Of a stretch of 49,106 bases of DNA, positions 28,585-36,719 are shown one piece after another. The notes beneath the pieces are model-generated. The model saw nothing but the letters and a program-made list of their open reading frames with translations. It had not been told where the DNA came from and searched no databases. Numbering within the stretch: the first letter of the stretch is position 1; every line of letters starts with the position of its first letter. The stretch is from NCBI GenBank assembly GCA_023701225.1, contig JAMPXM010000001.1:1-49106 (forward strand), in the 5' to 3' direction. The position numbers and the translations under genes are program-made. This DNA comes from Pseudobdellovibrionaceae bacterium. Its GTDB lineage: Bacteria > Bdellovibrionota > Bdellovibrionia > Bdellovibrionales > JAMPXM01.

Positions 28585-29498
28585 GACAGCCTCACTTTCG
28601 GGTTGGCGGCGGCGTAAGCGAGATCGGTAGCGACGTTCACGAGCACATAAATACAGGCGGTGAAAAGGACACAGCCTTGTACGAGCGGATAATTACGCTG
28701 TTGGATTCCTTGGAACAGGAGAGTACCCAGGCCCGGCCAATCATAGATGGTTTCAATGATAACGGTGCCCGTCAGGAGTGCTCCGAATTGGAGGCCGAGC
28801 ACGGTGATGATTGGCATCAGTGCGTTTCCGAGTGCGTGTTTGAACCAGACGCGAAAGGGACTCGCACCTTTTGCGCGCGCGGTATTGAGATAATCTTCCT
28901 TCGCCACTTCGATCATGGACGCGCGCGTGGTTTGCATCAAAACGGAAGAAAGGCTCCACGCGAGAGTCACGGCGGGCAAGATCAAATGTTCCAAACCACC
29001 GCGTTCGCTGACAGGGAACAGATCGAGTTCGATCGCGAAGACTAAGATCAACATTGGACCAAGAAAAAAACCAGGCGTGGACATCGCAAGCCATCCCCAA
29101 AAGAGGATCAATCGATCCACCCAGCCGCGTCGCCGCACGGCTGCGATCACTCCCAGCGGAAGTCCGATCAAGCTCGCCAAAAGCATGGCGGCAAAGGTGA
29201 GCTCAACAGTGGCCGGCAGACGTTCCGCGACTTCTTCCAAAACTGGCCGCTTGCTCTGCATCGATCGGCCGAGGTCCAGGCGCAAAAGACCTGACCAGAA
29301 GTTTCCGTATTGCGCCGCGAGTGGTTGGTCGAGACCGAGTTCCTGCCGCAGGGCTTGTTTATCCATCGCCGAAGCCTGGTCGCCTAACATGATATCCACT
29401 GGGTCGCCAGGGACAAAGTGGATCAGCAAAAACGTCATGGTAATGACTCCGAAGAGCACGGGTAAGGTCATCACCAATCTTCGCAAGAGATATGTCAT
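28581..29498 (-). CDS. ABC transporter permease, DppB/OppB type
   Basis: From ATG 29498 (GAGGA upstream) it reads MTYLLRRLVMTLPVLFGVITMTFLLIHFVPGDPV, the canonical DppB/OppB N-terminus. The ORF-track extension is an Arg/Lys-rich read-through of the spacer. Confidence 0.9.
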   Translation of the reverse strand: MTYLLRRLVMTLPVLFGVITMTFLLIHFVPGDPVDIMLGDQASAMDKQALRQELGLDQPLAAQYGNFWSGLLRLDLGRSMQSKRPVLEEVAERLPATVELTFAAMLLASLIGLPLGVIAAVRRRGWVDRLILFWGWLAMSTPGFFLGPMLILVFAIELDLFPVSERGGLEHLILPAVTLAWSLSSVLMQTTRASMIEVAKEDYLNTARAKGASPFRVWFKHALGNALMPIITVLGLQFGALLTGTVIIETIYDWPGLGTLLFQGIQQRNYPLVQGCVLFTACIYVLVNVATDLAYAAANPKVRLS

Positions 29499-29505
29499 CT
29501 CATCC

Positions 29506-30630
29506 TCATTGCTTTTCGGGCGTGGCGCTCTTTTCGACTTTCGCTGGCGCCTCTGCTGACGTTTCCGCGGGGGCGGCATCCGGAGTTGAAGCTTGTGTGG
29601 GAGCCGGCGATGTATCGGCGGTCGCGGCCGGAGGTGTTATTGTCGGGGTCGTCTTGATCATCGCCTCTTGGCGTACCAACGCGTTTTGCTTTCCTTCCGG
29701 GATTTGGCCAAAAAGCGTGACGAGCATCGAGGGATTGAACGACTGTCCTGCGGTCGCTTCTTGCAGGGTAGGAACAAGTTCTGTCGCCAGTCCTTGGATC
29801 GTGGACCGCGTCGCAAGGACATCGCCTTTTTGCGTGACGAAGCTGGCGAAGCGCACGCCCTTGAATGTCATGAAGACCTTGAAGGCGGCGATTCCATTTT
29901 GCGCTTCCGGACTGACGATCTGCGCCTCGCCCGGATAAACAGCCGCATCCTCTTCGGCGATCGCGACGAAGGCATAACGTAAGCCCGGCTTAATACCGTC
30001 TTTGCTGTTGAGCATCATATAAACAAGAAAAGTAGATGGAAACGCGGTCTTGGGAATGGTCTTTCGTACGGTCGTGGACTTTCCGTCTTCGTTCACCACC
30101 GCTGTCATATTGTCACCGCGAAAGGACGCATCGATGGTTTTCGTTTTGCCGCCGACGATCGTGGTGTACTGGTAGCTGACGGGGCGGAAGCCGCTGGTCG
30201 CTCGCGCTTTGAGGCTCTCGGTGACGTGATTTCCGAGCGCGCCGGTTTTCAGAAAATACGTGGAGACGAATTCTTTCTTGGCCGCGTCAAATTCGTAGCG
30301 CGAAACCGTAAAGCCGATATGCACGCCGCCAAGCAGGACTTTGGAATAGCCTTCGAACAAGACTGCGTTCGCAGAAGCGATAGCTGCCGCTTTCGCGGCC
30401 GATTTTGCTTCCAGGCGAGGCGGCTTTTTGCCCGACTTCGCCGCTGGCGGAGCATTCGGAGTTTTCGCGGGTGTGGCCTTTGTCTCTGAGGATTTCGGAG
30501 CGGTCGTGACAGGTACGGTTTGCGTGGGAATCCCTTGTGCCTGAGCAGGTCCTGGTATGAGGCAGAGTGCACAAGCAGCGGAACAACCCATCACGAAGTA
30601 AGCCGCGACGCGGATACGAAGCCCGACCAT
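29506..30630 (-). CDS. Hypothetical secreted protein with low-complexity Pro/Ala/Lys and Thr/Pro/Ala termini
   Basis: ATG 30630 (AGGA 8 nt upstream) gives the signal peptide MVGLRIRVAAYFVMGCSAACALCLIPGPAQA. The ORF track starts at 30777. The central domain of about 230 aa is unrecognised. Confidence 0.65.
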   Translation of the reverse strand: MVGLRIRVAAYFVMGCSAACALCLIPGPAQAQGIPTQTVPVTTAPKSSETKATPAKTPNAPPAAKSGKKPPRLEAKSAAKAAAIASANAVLFEGYSKVLLGGVHIGFTVSRYEFDAAKKEFVSTYFLKTGALGNHVTESLKARATSGFRPVSYQYTTIVGGKTKTIDASFRGDNMTAVVNEDGKSTTVRKTIPKTAFPSTFLVYMMLNSKDGIKPGLRYAFVAIAEEDAAVYPGEAQIVSPEAQNGIAAFKVFMTFKGVRFASFVTQKGDVLATRSTIQGLATELVPTLQEATAGQSFNPSMLVTLFGQIPEGKQNALVRQEAMIKTTPTITPPAATADTSPAPTQASTPDAAPAETSAEAPAKVEKSATPEKQ

Positions 30631-30767
30631 AGTCCGATTCCTTTCGGTGGCCTTCCTTCCGCGCAGCCTCGGTTGGGATGCGTGTGAGTGGAGGCCTGCA
30701 GACGCGGCGTCGTGCCGCTCTTGCAGAGGATACCAAGCATCAATTCCCCGAAGCAACATGCGAGGGT

Positions 30768-30831
30768 GTTTCCTCAATTCGACATCGTGCTCAAGTCTAG
30801 ACGAATGAGCACTATTTCAAATTGAGGAAAC
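30768..30831. repeat. 64-nt near-perfect palindrome (long imperfect hairpin)
   Basis: GTTTCCTCAATT (30768-30779) pairs with AATTGAGGAAAC (30820-30831). Pairing continues inward with 3 mismatches through GTGCTCA/TGAGCAC, giving 23 of 26 stem positions paired. The element lies 31 nt upstream of the TadG-like start. Confidence 0.8.
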
Positions 30832-30862
30832 GCCCTACACTGAAGTGCCACGGGAGTCTGGG

Positions 30863-32950
30863 ATGAATCCGTTTACGCCAGCGAAGCGCTGCGGTGTCGC
30901 TTGCAATGAAAGCGGTCAGATGGCCGTGTTTATCGCGCTCATCTTTCAAGTGCTCTTCGTATTTTTCGCGATGGTGATCAACATCGGCTTGATCATCCAC
31001 GACAAAATCAATTTGCAGAACTCCGTCGATCTGGGTGCGTACTACGCGGCTCAGCGACAGGCGGAGATGCTCAACGAAATCGGCCACGTGAATTATCAAA
31101 TCCGTCAGGATTATAAGCTGCTCAGTTGGCGCTTGCGCGTGCTTGGCAATTTTGGCCGGAACAATCACCCAGCCTATCCGGAGCGTGCGGGATTGCCGGC
31201 AGCCGATGTTGCGAACCGGGATATGGAAGTCGCGGATTTTCCCGGCTTCTGTGTTTCACATCCCTACTGGCACGAATCGCGGCGCATATCCCCCCGGGAG
31301 AACATTTGCACGCAAAAACCGGAATCCACCATTCCGCAGATTCCTTCGATTCCGATCATTATCGATACCGGTGGTTTCAATGCGCCTGTTGCCTCGATCA
31401 TCGAGGGATACCGCGAAAGTTTCATGCGTGCTTGCGATGGAAAAGGCGCCTTCAATTGGCTCTTCGGTGCCAATTCGTTGATGGCTTTCCGAAAGTCCGT
31501 CGCCGCGCGCAAATCGATGATCCGCGCATTAGCGGAAAACCTGTCGCATCCGATCGCTCCTGACGGAAACACCATGCGCGATCTGAAGTTTGGGACCGTA
31601 TTCACCGGCGTATATCAAACTGTGAAAAAAAACATGACTCAGGCGAATCGGTCGTCGTTCGAAGATCCGACGCAGTTGACGATCGTGAACGGCTTATCTT
31701 TGCCCGGCTGTGGTGAGCACGTCGCGCAATTTCCCAACTGGCTCAAGGAGATCACGATCGATCCGGTTTTGACCTACACCAACATGATCGATATTCCGGG
31801 TGGGTGTAAAACGAGAATCGAATCTCTGTTCCGAGTTCCCGGCGTGGATGTGCCGGGCAATCTTCGTTACGTCGATCTTGGTGATCCTACGCGCGAACTT
31901 CGTTACTACGCTAAAAGCGAGCCGAATTTACCTGGGGATCCGCTGCGTTCATCCCGGGGCTTTGAGAAAAACCCATGGTGCATGGCGTATGTCGGCGTGA
32001 AAGCCGTCTCGCGCCCTCGTAAGCCGTTCAGTCCGTTCGGCTCGCCGATTCAGCTGACGGCGCGAGCGTTTGCTTCGCCTTTTGGCGGGCGGATCGGGCC
32101 TTGGGATAAAAAATCTTGGTCGCCGGGAGCTGACTTCTCCGGCGGAGAAATGACGGATCCTCTGGTGGTTCCGCGCACGGATCCAGGAAGACCGGTCGCC
32201 GATCGACAGGGCCGCCCGGAGTTTGTTCCCAACTATTCGCGTTTTCCAGGCGACAATCTGGGACTTAAATCCAACGCTGCGATGGCGGCGACGCGACCCG
32301 CGTTGATGGGAGCTATCGCCGAGGGTGGAGGTGCACTGACGGCGCAGTTCTACAGTCATCTGCCGTTCTTGGCGCAAACGGCGAACCCGATCGCCTGGAA
32401 CTCGCAGGCGGGGACACGCCCGAAGCTGGGTGCGGCGGAGATCGCGGCCGTTGCTCCTGACCTGTTCGATGTCACCTACTACTCCGTCGAAGCGGATTAT
32501 TTTGGAAACTACTATTGGTTGAGTTTAACGCCCGATCGGCGTCGCTATCGGCAAGAGGCGTTGCCCAATCAATTTTCAGATCTCGGCGCGGATGTCTCCG
32601 TGCCTGGGTTTCAGGCATTCAACGTGAAAAACCAAGTCGAAGTCGCGGTTCCGAACATTGAGCAAGGCGCGTATTGGATGGTGAGGGACCCCGCGCATAC
32701 GCTCACCGCTTGGACTCAAAAAGGCGCGGTCGATTTCGGATTCCCGAACAATCATTTTGGCCGGTGCCATGCCGCGCCGAACAAACAAGTGGGTCAGCCT
32801 CCGACGCTGGGCGACTGCATCGCCGGCGGTCGCACGGGGTATTCCGTGCGTCTCGTGCATCGTGAGTTTTTGATGTTCGGCGCGCACCGTCTCGGTGGAG
32901 CGGACGGCGCTTCTGCGCCTTTGAGAAACCCGCCGCCTTCGGATTTCTAG
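30863..32950 (+). CDS. TadE/TadG-like (Flp pilus assembly N-terminal domain) large exported protein
   Basis: ATG 30863 has GGGAG 6 nt upstream. The N-terminal SGQMAVFIALIFQVLFVFFAMVINIGLIIHDKINLQNSVDLGAYYAA matches the TadE/G-like membrane-anchor module. Length is 695 aa. No MIDAS motif seen. Confidence 0.75.
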   Translation: MNPFTPAKRCGVACNESGQMAVFIALIFQVLFVFFAMVINIGLIIHDKINLQNSVDLGAYYAAQRQAEMLNEIGHVNYQIRQDYKLLSWRLRVLGNFGRNNHPAYPERAGLPAADVANRDMEVADFPGFCVSHPYWHESRRISPRENICTQKPESTIPQIPSIPIIIDTGGFNAPVASIIEGYRESFMRACDGKGAFNWLFGANSLMAFRKSVAARKSMIRALAENLSHPIAPDGNTMRDLKFGTVFTGVYQTVKKNMTQANRSSFEDPTQLTIVNGLSLPGCGEHVAQFPNWLKEITIDPVLTYTNMIDIPGGCKTRIESLFRVPGVDVPGNLRYVDLGDPTRELRYYAKSEPNLPGDPLRSSRGFEKNPWCMAYVGVKAVSRPRKPFSPFGSPIQLTARAFASPFGGRIGPWDKKSWSPGADFSGGEMTDPLVVPRTDPGRPVADRQGRPEFVPNYSRFPGDNLGLKSNAAMAATRPALMGAIAEGGGALTAQFYSHLPFLAQTANPIAWNSQAGTRPKLGAAEIAAVAPDLFDVTYYSVEADYFGNYYWLSLTPDRRRYRQEALPNQFSDLGADVSVPGFQAFNVKNQVEVAVPNIEQGAYWMVRDPAHTLTAWTQKGAVDFGFPNNHFGRCHAAPNKQVGQPPTLGDCIAGGRTGYSVRLVHREFLMFGAHRLGGADGASAPLRNPPPSDF

Positions 32951-33039
32951 CCCAAAGTTGGGCGGTCTCAAAATGAGAAACGCGGAAGTGTCGAGTGCGT
33001 AGACAGCTGTTCAGCGTTCTTCGGCCATTTAAGCTGAGC

Positions 33040-33054
33040 TGGCACGTCAGTTGG
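33040..33054 (+). promoter_or_regulatory. Sigma-54-type promoter candidate (CTGGCACG-tcag-TTGG)
   Basis: TGGCAC at 33040-33045 and TTGG at 33051-33054, about 110 nt upstream of GTG 33164. Confidence 0.45.
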
Positions 33055-33163
33055 CGTAGAACATGAAGCGAATTCGAAGGCGGATGCATGCGGCGGAAAC
33101 ACCCCTTGTTCTTAAGCGATACAAAGCGCGTTCCGATAAGAAAAGAGAGTGGAGGGTTCGAAA

Positions 33164-34585
33164 GTGAAGACCAACACCCTGATTGTGACGGCACTGGTAT
33201 GGAGCGCGGGAAGCCTGGCGTACGCCGAAGGCGGGCAGTCGTTTCGCACCAACGGTTCGAGCTTTCTTCCATCCGCTGAAGAGTTGCAGCAACAGTGTTT
33301 ACGTTCCGGCGGTGTTTGGGGCGTAGGCGATTCTTGCGTGCGCGGCGAGGGCGGCGGTGGGGACACGAGTAACTCCGGCGCGAACGCGGCGCCGTCGGAG
33401 CCAGGCGGAATTGAGTCCGAGGGCGAAACAGGTGTGTGCGAGTCCGCGTACGACCGAGCCCGGCTGGCATGTGATCCGCTATCCGGCGCTGGCTTAAGTG
33501 CTGATCAGAGCGCTTTGGTCGAGGCTGCCGTCCAAGGAACCGCGATGGCCGCGGGCAGTATGGCCAATGCGGGCAAGAGCCCGCATGAGATGTGCTCGGC
33601 GGCCGAAGGGTTGACGAAAGTGATGATGGGGATTCAGGGTTCGCGCGCGGTCGCGTGCAAGGCCATGCAGAGTCGCTGTCTCAGTGTGTGCGAAGGTGAA
33701 ATTACCACTTACACTAACGCGCTCAGCACGTCCCAGCTCCAAGCAGCTGGAGCCGAAACTGTTCGCGCGCAGTACGAAGAGCAACTACGCAAAAGCAAAT
33801 CACATCGCCGCGCGTGCAATGCCTATGAAGAGAGTTTCGCTCGCCAGCTGATGCAAGCGCAGCAATATGCGAACAGCATGTTGCAATCACGCACCTGTGC
33901 GGAAATGACAAAGAACCAGGCGGTCGTGGCACAAAGCGGAACTCCGAACTGCGCCGACGAAACCGTTAAGCGCACCAATCCTTATTGCATCTGTCAGTCC
34001 AATCCGCGCGACGCGCGTTGCGGTTACAATCCGGGAGCATCAGGCACGTTGGGCGGTGGTGGTGGCGCCGCAGGCGGTATCGATGGCACTGCGGGACTCA
34101 CGTCTCTCGGTGACTCCGCTCTCGATGGCGAAGGCATGGGACCTGGTGGAATCGGATCGCGCAATGGCGCAAACGGGTCGGGTAGTAATAACGGCATGGG
34201 TGCGGGCGGCGGCGGAGGCGGCGGTCCTTCGTTGATCGGTGGCAGTGGCTTTGGCGGCGGCGCTGGCGGCGGTGGAGCCGGAGGCGTTCGCGCGGGTACG
34301 CAAGTGATCCAAGGTGTTTCTGGCGGCGGTAGTTTTGCCGGCTACGGTCGCCCCGGCGGCAATGGCGAGGGTTCCGGTGGCAACAGTTCGTGGATGAGCA
34401 AACTCAAGGCGAAGTTCAATATCAAGGATGCTCTACCTGACAAGAACAAGCTGGCGCGAGGTTTGGCGGGCATGGGTGCCAACGCGGCTGCGGACGGCAT
34501 CACGGGCGCCATGGGCGAATCGATTTGGCAAAAGGCTTCTCGTCAGTACCGCAGCCAAGAGCGCGGTGGCGGCTTCTTGAAATGA
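33164..34585 (+). CDS. Hypothetical secreted Cys-containing, poly-Gly protein (paralog A)
   Basis: GTG 33164 has GGAGGG 7 nt upstream. Signal peptide (M)KTNTLIVTALVWSAGSLAYA, a helical Cys-bearing middle, long Gly runs (GAGGGGGGGPSLIGGSGFGGGAGGGGAGG) and the C-terminal motif IWQKASRQYRSQ. Confidence 0.7.
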   Translation: MKTNTLIVTALVWSAGSLAYAEGGQSFRTNGSSFLPSAEELQQQCLRSGGVWGVGDSCVRGEGGGGDTSNSGANAAPSEPGGIESEGETGVCESAYDRARLACDPLSGAGLSADQSALVEAAVQGTAMAAGSMANAGKSPHEMCSAAEGLTKVMMGIQGSRAVACKAMQSRCLSVCEGEITTYTNALSTSQLQAAGAETVRAQYEEQLRKSKSHRRACNAYEESFARQLMQAQQYANSMLQSRTCAEMTKNQAVVAQSGTPNCADETVKRTNPYCICQSNPRDARCGYNPGASGTLGGGGGAAGGIDGTAGLTSLGDSALDGEGMGPGGIGSRNGANGSGSNNGMGAGGGGGGGPSLIGGSGFGGGAGGGGAGGVRAGTQVIQGVSGGGSFAGYGRPGGNGEGSGGNSSWMSKLKAKFNIKDALPDKNKLARGLAGMGANAAADGITGAMGESIWQKASRQYRSQERGGGFLK

Positions 34586-34596
34586 GCGGGGGACGG

Positions 34597-35706
34597 ATGA
34601 GCTTCAGCGCGAAAGCGGCGAAGGTAGGGATCGTTTCGTTTGCGGCGTTTACGCTTCTTGTGCCATTGGCAACCAGGGCTCAGAGCTCCGCGGCACGGGG
34701 TACAACGACGACGACGGCCGGGTCTACGACGACCGCGACGGCACCGACGAAGACCACTTCGACGACAACCACATCAAACACGACGCAGACGACATCGCCG
34801 ACGAGCACTAACCAGTACGGATATGGCCCTAGTTCCGGCAATATGAATTCAGGCGCCAAAGACTCGAAGAACCAAGCGATAATGGGTGTTGCACTTAACG
34901 GCGTGACCGCCGCGATGTGGTTTGGGAAGTGTTCAAGTAACAACTATTACGCCTGTGTCCTGGGTGCCATGCATGTCGTCCAGGCGGGAATGATGCTTCA
35001 AGGAGCGAAGGGCGCGGGCAAGACGCAGGCGGCAACGATGTATGGTGCCGCTGGAAGTTTTGGTTATGATCAGTATGGTGATTACGGTGCGGATGGCGCA
35101 GGAGCCGGCGCGGACATGGATGGTAATGGGATTCCGGATGCCCAAGAGATGCGTGCGTACAATGCACAGCTCAATCGAGAAGAGCAGAAACTCAATGATC
35201 TGCGCTCTAAGTTCGCCAACTTAGGCTACACCGTCAGCGCGGATGGAAAGTCGGTTACTTTGCCGAACGGCAAAACAGTGCCGACCTCTGCTTTTACGAG
35301 CAAGCAAGGTCTGATGGGTCTCGGACTGACGGCGGACCAGATTGCGAGTTACGAACAGGACAAGGCCGCGATCGCGGCCTCGCTCAAAGAAAAGGCCAAG
35401 GCGCTCACTGCCGATGAAGGTGGGGGCGGTGGCGGTGGAGCCGGTGGTGGTGGTGCGTTCGGACGTCGCGGGCGTGGCGCGGGTGACGAAAACCAGGGTT
35501 TCAATTACGGCAGTCTGTTTGGCGATAAAAAAGACCGCAAAACCGCGAGCGTCAAAGGACTGTCCAAGCAGTTGGGCAATGATCGGATTGGGGTCCAAGC
35601 GGACAACATCTTCGAGATGATGACTCGTCAGTACAAGAAAGAAGAAGGCAAGCAGAGCTTCATCGCGCCCGTCGGCGCCGCAGTTCCAGCTACGGTCGGC
35701 CCGTAA
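34597..35706 (+). CDS. Hypothetical secreted Thr-rich, poly-Gly protein (paralog B)
   Basis: ATG 34597 has GGGGGA upstream; ATG 34582, overlapping the upstream stop as ATGA, is the alternative. Signal peptide, Thr-rich tract, GGGGGGGAGGGGAFG run and the C-terminal motif IFEMMTRQYKKE. Confidence 0.7.
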   Translation: MSFSAKAAKVGIVSFAAFTLLVPLATRAQSSAARGTTTTTAGSTTTATAPTKTTSTTTTSNTTQTTSPTSTNQYGYGPSSGNMNSGAKDSKNQAIMGVALNGVTAAMWFGKCSSNNYYACVLGAMHVVQAGMMLQGAKGAGKTQAATMYGAAGSFGYDQYGDYGADGAGAGADMDGNGIPDAQEMRAYNAQLNREEQKLNDLRSKFANLGYTVSADGKSVTLPNGKTVPTSAFTSKQGLMGLGLTADQIASYEQDKAAIAASLKEKAKALTADEGGGGGGGAGGGGAFGRRGRGAGDENQGFNYGSLFGDKKDRKTASVKGLSKQLGNDRIGVQADNIFEMMTRQYKKEEGKQSFIAPVGAAVPATVGP

Positions 35707-35729
35707 CTCTCGCCTCGTCATCGACCCAT

Positions 35730-36719
35730 CTAAACAAGGATTTGGTTCTGGATCGCGGCTCCATCCGCGAGCTGAGACATCGGCAGCAGAATGCTGTTCT
35801 CGATGCGGCAGCGGGATCCAATTTGGCAATGATCTCCGAGGACCGCGAATCCCCGGAATTCGGAATGTGTGGACGTGTCAGGTGGCACCGGACTCCAAAC
35901 GCGCGCTTGTGGCGTCAGGTGGAGGCCGTCTTGCGGTCGAAAGCGCTCACGAAGCACACGGAAAAAAGGTGACTCCTGCGCGGTCCCGAGAGATTGCATC
36001 ATTTGCCTCGTGGCTGAGAGAAAATCCGGAACATTGCCGGTTTCAAACCAAGTGCAAGTGTCTTCGAAAACCCGCACGCGCTCACCAGCCTTGATGCCGG
36101 CCATGAGCGCGTCATAAAGAAGATTGCTCTCGCCTTCGGGCAGGAAGCGAAAAATCCGGCCCGAGAGCGCGAGAACGCCGACGTAATGAAAGCCAATCGT
36201 GTCAGACGGAACGCCTTGTGGGCGCTGTTTACCGAAACCCAGGACCGCGCCATCGGCACGTGTCCAAACACCGCCGAACCGTGTGCCGACGTCTGCATGG
36301 CGAGTGACGTAAATCGTGGCCAGCGCGCCGGAGGCCCGATGTGCATGCATCAGATCACCCGCGATGGACGCGCGCGACGGAAAAATCACCTCATCACCGT
36401 TGGCAACGAAGAAATCCGTCTCGCGTTCCAAGTGCGCACGCGCATTCCAAACTCCGCCACCGCTGCCGAGCGGTTGGCCATCTTCGTGCGTGATCTGGAC
36501 TTGGCCACGATAGCCGGGAATCGAGTGTACGAGCCGCTCGATTTGTTCCGGCTTGTAATGAGTATTGACCACCAGGCACGAAAGTCCGGCGGGCTCCAAT
36601 AGAGTGAACGGGTAATAGAGCAAAGGGATATTCATAAATGGCACGGCAGGCTTGGCGTACCGGTCCGTGACCGGACGTAGGCGAGTGCCAAGGCCTGCGG
36701 CGAGCAGCATCAGCTTCAT
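35730..36719 (-). CDS. Sugar-phosphate nucleotidyltransferase (MurU-like by context)
   Basis: N-terminal MKLMLLAAGLGTRLRPVTDRYAKPAVPF (GxGTRL NTP-transferase motif). Length is 329 aa. ATGA overlap with the upstream kinase-like gene. Confidence 0.8.
   Translation of the reverse strand: MKLMLLAAGLGTRLRPVTDRYAKPAVPFMNIPLLYYPFTLLEPAGLSCLVVNTHYKPEQIERLVHSIPGYRGQVQITHEDGQPLGSGGGVWNARAHLERETDFFVANGDEVIFPSRASIAGDLMHAHRASGALATIYVTRHADVGTRFGGVWTRADGAVLGFGKQRPQGVPSDTIGFHYVGVLALSGRIFRFLPEGESNLLYDALMAGIKAGERVRVFEDTCTWFETGNVPDFLSATRQMMQSLGTAQESPFFRVLRERFRPQDGLHLTPQARVWSPVPPDTSTHSEFRGFAVLGDHCQIGSRCRIENSILLPMSQLADGAAIQNQILV

Noticed and set aside
32703-33470. 255-aa minus-strand ORF crossing the TadG-like / poly-Gly spacer
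   Set aside because: It is extremely Arg/Pro/Ser-rich, runs antisense to two well-supported plus-strand genes, and has no start context.
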